IMG/VR virus record: IMGVR_UViG_3300047091_000002
Coordinates: 55,488 to 119,487 of that record
Source of the DNA: a virus
DNA length: 64,000 nucleotides
Strand: one strand, 5' to 3'
In this document: positions 59,595 to 64,000 of the stretch, piece after piece
Layout: the number at the start of each line of letters is the position of its first letter
How positions within the stretch are numbered: the first letter of the stretch is position 1
Notes under the pieces: generated by a model
What the model saw: only the letters and a program-made list of their open reading frames with translations
Told to the model about the DNA's origin: nothing
The model's database searches: none
Made by a program: the position numbers and the translations under genes

Positions 59595-60410
59595 ATGTCA
59601 ATAATACCATCAGACTATTTAGAACAGGTTGCAGCAGGAATAAAACGACGAATCTCTTGGGGTAGGCGAGCCGCTAAAAGACTAAAGAAATTCGTAGGTA
59701 AGGACGATAATATATATATCTCAGATGCACTATCAGAAATGTTCAATCAGATAGAGCATAAAAACGAAATCGTAAGCAATCACATCAATTGGACTTTTGA
59801 TAGATATGTAGGTAAAAGATTCTGGGCTTTAGTTCCAGAGATGCATAAAATATATACTTGGCTAAAGGTTCATAATTACACAATTAAAAAGCCAGATAGT
59901 TTCGATTATAATGATTTGGATAATGGGGCTTTTATAGTTCCTTCTGACGATGCTAAAGAAATATTCATAATTACCTCTCAAAATAGAGACTACCTTTATA
60001 TCCTTGGAGATCAAGATTGGTTTGCAGAACTTCATATCAGAAGACTTTACAGAGAAATTCCTGATCTGAAAAAGATGAAACGTGATTTCGAGTATAAATA
60101 TGAAAAAGAAGAGCAGGATAAGTATAAAAAGGGAATTTATTACGGGGCGGTTCACTCAGAAGCTTTAATGGAATACACCGATGATTATCTCGATAATATT
60201 TACATCAATCGCCCATCACTAAGAACATTTCAAAGATGGAATTTCAAAATGAATCTTAAAGATTCTCGTGATCCCGGATATGTTGTTTCAGTAGTAAGGT
60301 CCCCGCATTCCGTAATAAGATCTGATAGTCCACTAGGAACTATTTACGAGATTAACCGTGCTGCATTTGAGATTCAATCATTATCTTGTGTAATTGACGA
60401 GGAAAAATGA
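59595..60410 (+). CDS. Hypothetical protein
   Basis: 271-aa ORF, GAGG RBS. Confidence 0.65.
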   Translation: MSIIPSDYLEQVAAGIKRRISWGRRAAKRLKKFVGKDDNIYISDALSEMFNQIEHKNEIVSNHINWTFDRYVGKRFWALVPEMHKIYTWLKVHNYTIKKPDSFDYNDLDNGAFIVPSDDAKEIFIITSQNRDYLYILGDQDWFAELHIRRLYREIPDLKKMKRDFEYKYEKEEQDKYKKGIYYGAVHSEALMEYTDDYLDNIYINRPSLRTFQRWNFKMNLKDSRDPGYVVSVVRSPHSVIRSDSPLGTIYEINRAAFEIQSLSCVIDEEK

Positions 60411-60733
60411 AATTAATGATTAAATTAATCAAAATTACAGCTAAAAATAAAGAAAAATACGACAACTATTACTCATATGGAAATTATCGCAACGCAAAAA
60501 ATGGCGGGATGTACTGCACTAGGCGAAGGGGACACGCAAAAAAGTTGGAAACGTATACTCATCCAGAAAGAGCTTTTTATATTTTCGGGCCGGAGGATGG
60601 ATCACTAAAAGACGATATTTTATCGAGGTGTAAAGATAAAATCTACATCTCTACCAAGTTCTGCTTAAATTTAGCGATGGCAGTAGGTACAATTCTTTAT
60701 GATAGACAACGACAACGGAAAGCATATATATAA
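60407..60733 (+). CDS. Truncated/divergent SPOUT methyltransferase paralog
   Basis: HPERAFYIFGPEDG and CLNLAMAVGTILYDR present; N-terminal motif 1 region absent. Confidence 0.7.
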   Translation: MKLMIKLIKITAKNKEKYDNYYSYGNYRNAKNGGMYCTRRRGHAKKLETYTHPERAFYIFGPEDGSLKDDILSRCKDKIYISTKFCLNLAMAVGTILYDRQRQRKAYI

Positions 60734-61046
60734 AAAAGCAAAGATATTTATTCACCCTACTAAGTATATAGGCGATGTGCCAATTGAGATTCTGGCAGAT
60801 TGCACTCGTTATTTAGCAGTGCATAAGAGTATAGATAATGATAAAAAATGGGTAGTTACCCATATTCCTACTGGATTAGGAATATATAATGATTTTAAAT
60901 GCAAGAAGAAAGCGCTTGCTGCTATGGAATATCTATTAAAATATGATTGGAATTTTACTACTACGGAAATTCATAAAGATCTTCCTAAACTTCATTATAA
61001 ACAACTTTGCCAAGGTTATCTTTATGTAAAGAAAAACTTTATTTAG
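60699..61046 (+). CDS. Hypothetical protein
   Basis: WVVTHIPTGL motif common in phage hypotheticals. Confidence 0.5.
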   Translation: MIDNDNGKHIYKKAKIFIHPTKYIGDVPIEILADCTRYLAVHKSIDNDKKWVVTHIPTGLGIYNDFKCKKKALAAMEYLLKYDWNFTTTEIHKDLPKLHYKQLCQGYLYVKKNFI

Positions 61047-61054
61047 GATATAAT

Positions 61055-62341
61055 ATGTCATATACTGCGATAATTACTAAATTACAAAATGTAAGATCTC
61101 ATTCAAATGCAGATCGCCTAAAACTAGGAAATGCTCAAGGAAATCAAGTAGTAGTTGGATTAAATTCGATGGAGGGAGCTTTAGGAATATATTTTCCTAC
61201 GGATGGGCAACTTTCGGAACAATACGCATCCGCAAATGATTTAATTGGTTATGTTGATCCAGAAACTAAAGAACGCAAGGGCGGATTTTTTGCGAAGAAT
61301 CGTCGGGTGAGAACTCAAAAATTTCGAGGAGAGAAATCAGATGGTTATTTTGCCCCGTTAGAAAGTTTAGCATTTACCGGGATAAATCTTTCCTCTCTTA
61401 AAGATGGTATATCTTTTACAGAATTAAATTCTATTCCAATTTGTAATAAATACGTTACACCTGCTACCGCAAGAATGCTGGTTAATAAAAATCCTCGTAA
61501 ACAAAATCAATTCTTTAATAAGCATATTGATACTGAACAATTTAAACACCGGGGCTTTTATATTCCAAGAGGGGCATTATTATCTTTTACATGTAAACAG
61601 CACGGCACTTCAGGGCGATTTGGATATGTGCTAGATGAAAAAACCGTTCCAAATCCATTGTGGAAACGATTCTTACTACCTCTTAGTAAGCCAAAAACTG
61701 CATTAGAATTCGATTATTTGCACGGTTCAAGAAATGTCATTTTTAATAAATGGGTTGAAGATAGTTACTACGGGGACGAAGGATTTAGATGGAAGGCAAT
61801 AGAACATCTACGGGGACTCTTACATAAAGGAGAAATTCTTTACTATGAACTTGTAGGATTTACTAATACTGGTACACCGATAATGCCGGAAGTTAGTACG
61901 AAGATTTTAAAAGATAAATCAATTGAAAGTCGTTATGGTTCCGTGATGCGATATAAATACGGATGTAATGCAGAGGATACATCGAATCAAACTCGTTTAT
62001 TCGTATATCGTATCACACGAGTATCTAACGATGGAAATGTAATTGATTTATCTTGGGATCAGGTAAAAGCAAGATGCAGAGGATTGGGGGTAACCCACGT
62101 ACCGGAACTTCACGAATCTTTCGTTTATTCAGGTAATTTCGATGAACTATCTAGTCTTGTAGACACTCTTTCCGAGGGTGACGATGTTATTGATCCTTCT
62201 CATATTAGAGAAGGTGTAGTTATTCGTATTGATTTTAATGGTGAACCCTACTTCCTGAAACATAAATCCTTTAGCTTCAAGGTATTAGAAGGACTGGTTA
62301 AAGAAACGGATTCCTATGTAGATATAGAAGAAATTTCATAA
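61055..62341 (+). CDS. ATP-dependent RNA ligase (Rnl2-like, DRB0094-type with N-terminal OB-like domain)
   Basis: HSNADRL N-domain, motif I KQHGTS, motif III YYELVG, REGVVIR, LKHKS; start ATG 61055. Confidence 0.88.
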   Translation: MSYTAIITKLQNVRSHSNADRLKLGNAQGNQVVVGLNSMEGALGIYFPTDGQLSEQYASANDLIGYVDPETKERKGGFFAKNRRVRTQKFRGEKSDGYFAPLESLAFTGINLSSLKDGISFTELNSIPICNKYVTPATARMLVNKNPRKQNQFFNKHIDTEQFKHRGFYIPRGALLSFTCKQHGTSGRFGYVLDEKTVPNPLWKRFLLPLSKPKTALEFDYLHGSRNVIFNKWVEDSYYGDEGFRWKAIEHLRGLLHKGEILYYELVGFTNTGTPIMPEVSTKILKDKSIESRYGSVMRYKYGCNAEDTSNQTRLFVYRITRVSNDGNVIDLSWDQVKARCRGLGVTHVPELHESFVYSGNFDELSSLVDTLSEGDDVIDPSHIREGVVIRIDFNGEPYFLKHKSFSFKVLEGLVKETDSYVDIEEIS

Positions 62342-62348
62342 ATATCGC

Positions 62349-62377
62349 TTGACAAATACCTCTATTTATGATATAGT
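62349..62377 (+). promoter_or_regulatory. sigma70-type promoter followed by boxA-like antitermination element
   Basis: TTGACA - 17 nt - TATAGT; TGTTCTTTGACAA at 62393-62405. Confidence 0.65.
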
Positions 62378-62409
62378 ATTAAAGTATACGAATGTTCTTT
62401 GACAATTAA

Positions 62410-62552
62410 ATAGATTTACCGTAAGATGGTATTGTATCAGAAAGCTGAACATAAGGCATAGGTGCACTCGATACAAGCCGTGTAAGAGTCGAATTACACT
62501 GTAATTTTACGATATTTGGATGGGGCGATTTCGGTCGCCTCTATCTTCTTTT
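62410..62552 (+). ncRNA. Candidate ~140-nt pseudoknotted RNA ending in a UUCG hairpin
   Basis: TTGTATC/GATACAA, TCAG-AAAG-CTGA, ACTC/GAGT crossed with GTGTAA/TTACAC, GGGGCGAT-TTCG-GTCGCCTC. Confidence 0.5.
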
Positions 62553-62667
62553 AAGGAGTTTAAATGCTAAAACGAGTTATTTGCTTTATTTGGGGAAGAC
62601 ATATCCCAAGTACTTTTATAAAAGGTGATATAATAACATCTAAATGTATTAGATGCGGTAAGACGCT

Positions 62668-62874
62668 ATGAAGTATAAATATGTAAAGACTATTCATAAG
62701 AAATCTCCATCTTACTGGTGGGATTTCGATACTGATCTGAATATAATAATCGAAAGCGATATTCCAGATAAATCTATACTTGCTAAATTTTTCGTAACCG
62801 AGGATGCAGAATCTCAGATAAAAATGGCAGAGTTTATAATTAAAGAATTGACAGAAGGGCGAATAAGTTTATAA
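62668..62874 (+). CDS. Hypothetical protein
   Basis: ORF track. Confidence 0.5.
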   Translation: MKYKYVKTIHKKSPSYWWDFDTDLNIIIESDIPDKSILAKFFVTEDAESQIKMAEFIIKELTEGRISL

Positions 62875-63039
62875 TGCCAGCACATAAAGAAGCCAATATT
62901 TATATTAATAGAATGAAGGATATTAATAGACAAGCTTATGCCAAATCATATTGGAGATTCGTGATGGGATATATTACCATTTGCCCAAGTGATATAGAAA
63001 TTAAAGGTGCAGGTGAGATTAGAGCAAGGTTAGATGACT

Positions 63040-64000
63040 ATGCTGCAATATAGTTTATCGAAAGAAGATATAAAAATTAGATATGATTCGGCAGTAAAAG
63101 TTTACCGAGAACATCTAAAGAAGTTTCGATATATGAGGCAGGAAAAAACTGATACGCGGTTTACCTTAAATCACATAGACGATAAAGTTCAAGTTATCGT
63201 AGATAAAGAAAATAGGAAGGTGCTTGTTAAGAGAGGTGATTTCAATCACGCTATTCAGTTATTTAACCCTATCAAGTTTTTCAATTTTTGTAATATGTTA
63301 CTCCTGCCGCCGCAAACTGTTAAAATTTGCTCGAAACTTTCTAGTGCGAATAGACGTAAAGCATATATAGTAGCATCTAATACAGCTTACGGTAAACCGC
63401 TTAAGAAGCTGAGAGACGCGATGGCGCATATAGTAATGCGAGAACTTGATCCTGAGATACTTAGTTTAACTGCAAAGGCTATGGGCATACACGCAACGAC
63501 AGAGGATTATACAATTGTTTGGAAAAACAGAGAATCCATTGAGAAACTATTTCTTACCGCACCTTCTACAATTCCTATATGGATTACTATAGCTAAGATG
63601 AGTGTCGAAGATGCATCAAATTTTCACGATTTGTCAGTTAGTGAAATTAGGACTATGGTATATAATTATTTAGTTCCAACTATTGGTTCATCGAATTTTC
63701 TTTCTTACGATGCAATAGATTGGATTTGTAAAGCCCCGATAAGTTTTGGTCAACTTTTATCTAGAACTTGCGTATCGTGGATTAATCCGTACATTTCTTT
63801 CTTAGAAACATTGGCAGAAACTAAAATATATCCCAGATACAAATTATTTAAAACTTTATTACATAGATTTGCAAGCTCCTTCGATGATGAACGAGCGTAT
63901 AAGAAACTTAAACCACAAGTAGTCGAATTCCTAAAAGAGATGTTCGAGAAAACTCCAAAAAGAAATCTTACAAATTTTATTGATAATGTATTTATTCCTA
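63040..64000 (+). CDS. Large hypothetical protein, runs off the right window edge
   Basis: ATG 63040, MLQYSLSKEDIKIRY..., open to window end. Confidence 0.6.
   Translation, partial: MLQYSLSKEDIKIRYDSAVKVYREHLKKFRYMRQEKTDTRFTLNHIDDKVQVIVDKENRKVLVKRGDFNHAIQLFNPIKFFNFCNMLLLPPQTVKICSKLSSANRRKAYIVASNTAYGKPLKKLRDAMAHIVMRELDPEILSLTAKAMGIHATTEDYTIVWKNRESIEKLFLTAPSTIPIWITIAKMSVEDASNFHDLSVSEIRTMVYNYLVPTIGSSNFLSYDAIDWICKAPISFGQLLSRTCVSWINPYISFLETLAETKIYPRYKLFKTLLHRFASSFDDERAYKKLKPQVVEFLKEMFEKTPKRNLTNFIDNVFIP

Noticed and set aside
1-64000. CRISPR or other tandem guide arrays
   Set aside because: No regularly spaced direct repeats seen, including in the long non-coding regions
1-64000. Genome-wide stop-codon reassignment
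   Set aside because: Long core genes are intact in the standard code and TAG/TGA end several genes at sensible positions; only one in-frame TAG case found
1-64000. Integrase, repressor, DNA polymerase or reverse transcriptase genes
   Set aside because: No catalytic motifs recognised in any ORF; lifestyle and replication mode cannot be judged from this window

Overview
A 64-kb segment of a large, AT-rich tailed-phage genome with siphovirus-like gene content; the host is probably diderm. Left arm (1-28.2 kb, minus strand): a complete packaging/head/tail module comprising a terminase-small-like gene, terminase large subunit, portal, prohead protease, scaffold, major capsid, neck proteins, tail tube, chaperones, a 1903-aa tape measure protein and a truncated tail hub, with several envelope-protein morons including an outer-membrane beta-barrel inside the tail operon. 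Centre (28.2-36 kb): the strand-switch region is largely non-coding and holds divergent sigma70-type promoters, a few early genes, a PD-(D/E)XK endonuclease, an ORF-free stretch of about 1.8 kb packed with long nested helices (candidate giant structured RNA) and a tRNA-Glu. Right arm (36-64 kb, plus strand): many small accessory ORFs; a PEP-utilizer/dikinase-like plus dual-specificity-phosphatase locus built around a repeated unknown domain; two SPOUT-like genes, a methyltransferase-like gene, a HAD protein and an RNA ligase; HNH and DUF559 nucleases; and further promoter-driven structured RNA candidates. No replication, integrase or endolysin genes and no CRISPR array are recognisable in the window. 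All protein assignments come from motif recognition by eye, and all RNA structures are hand-derived base pairings that have not been computed.
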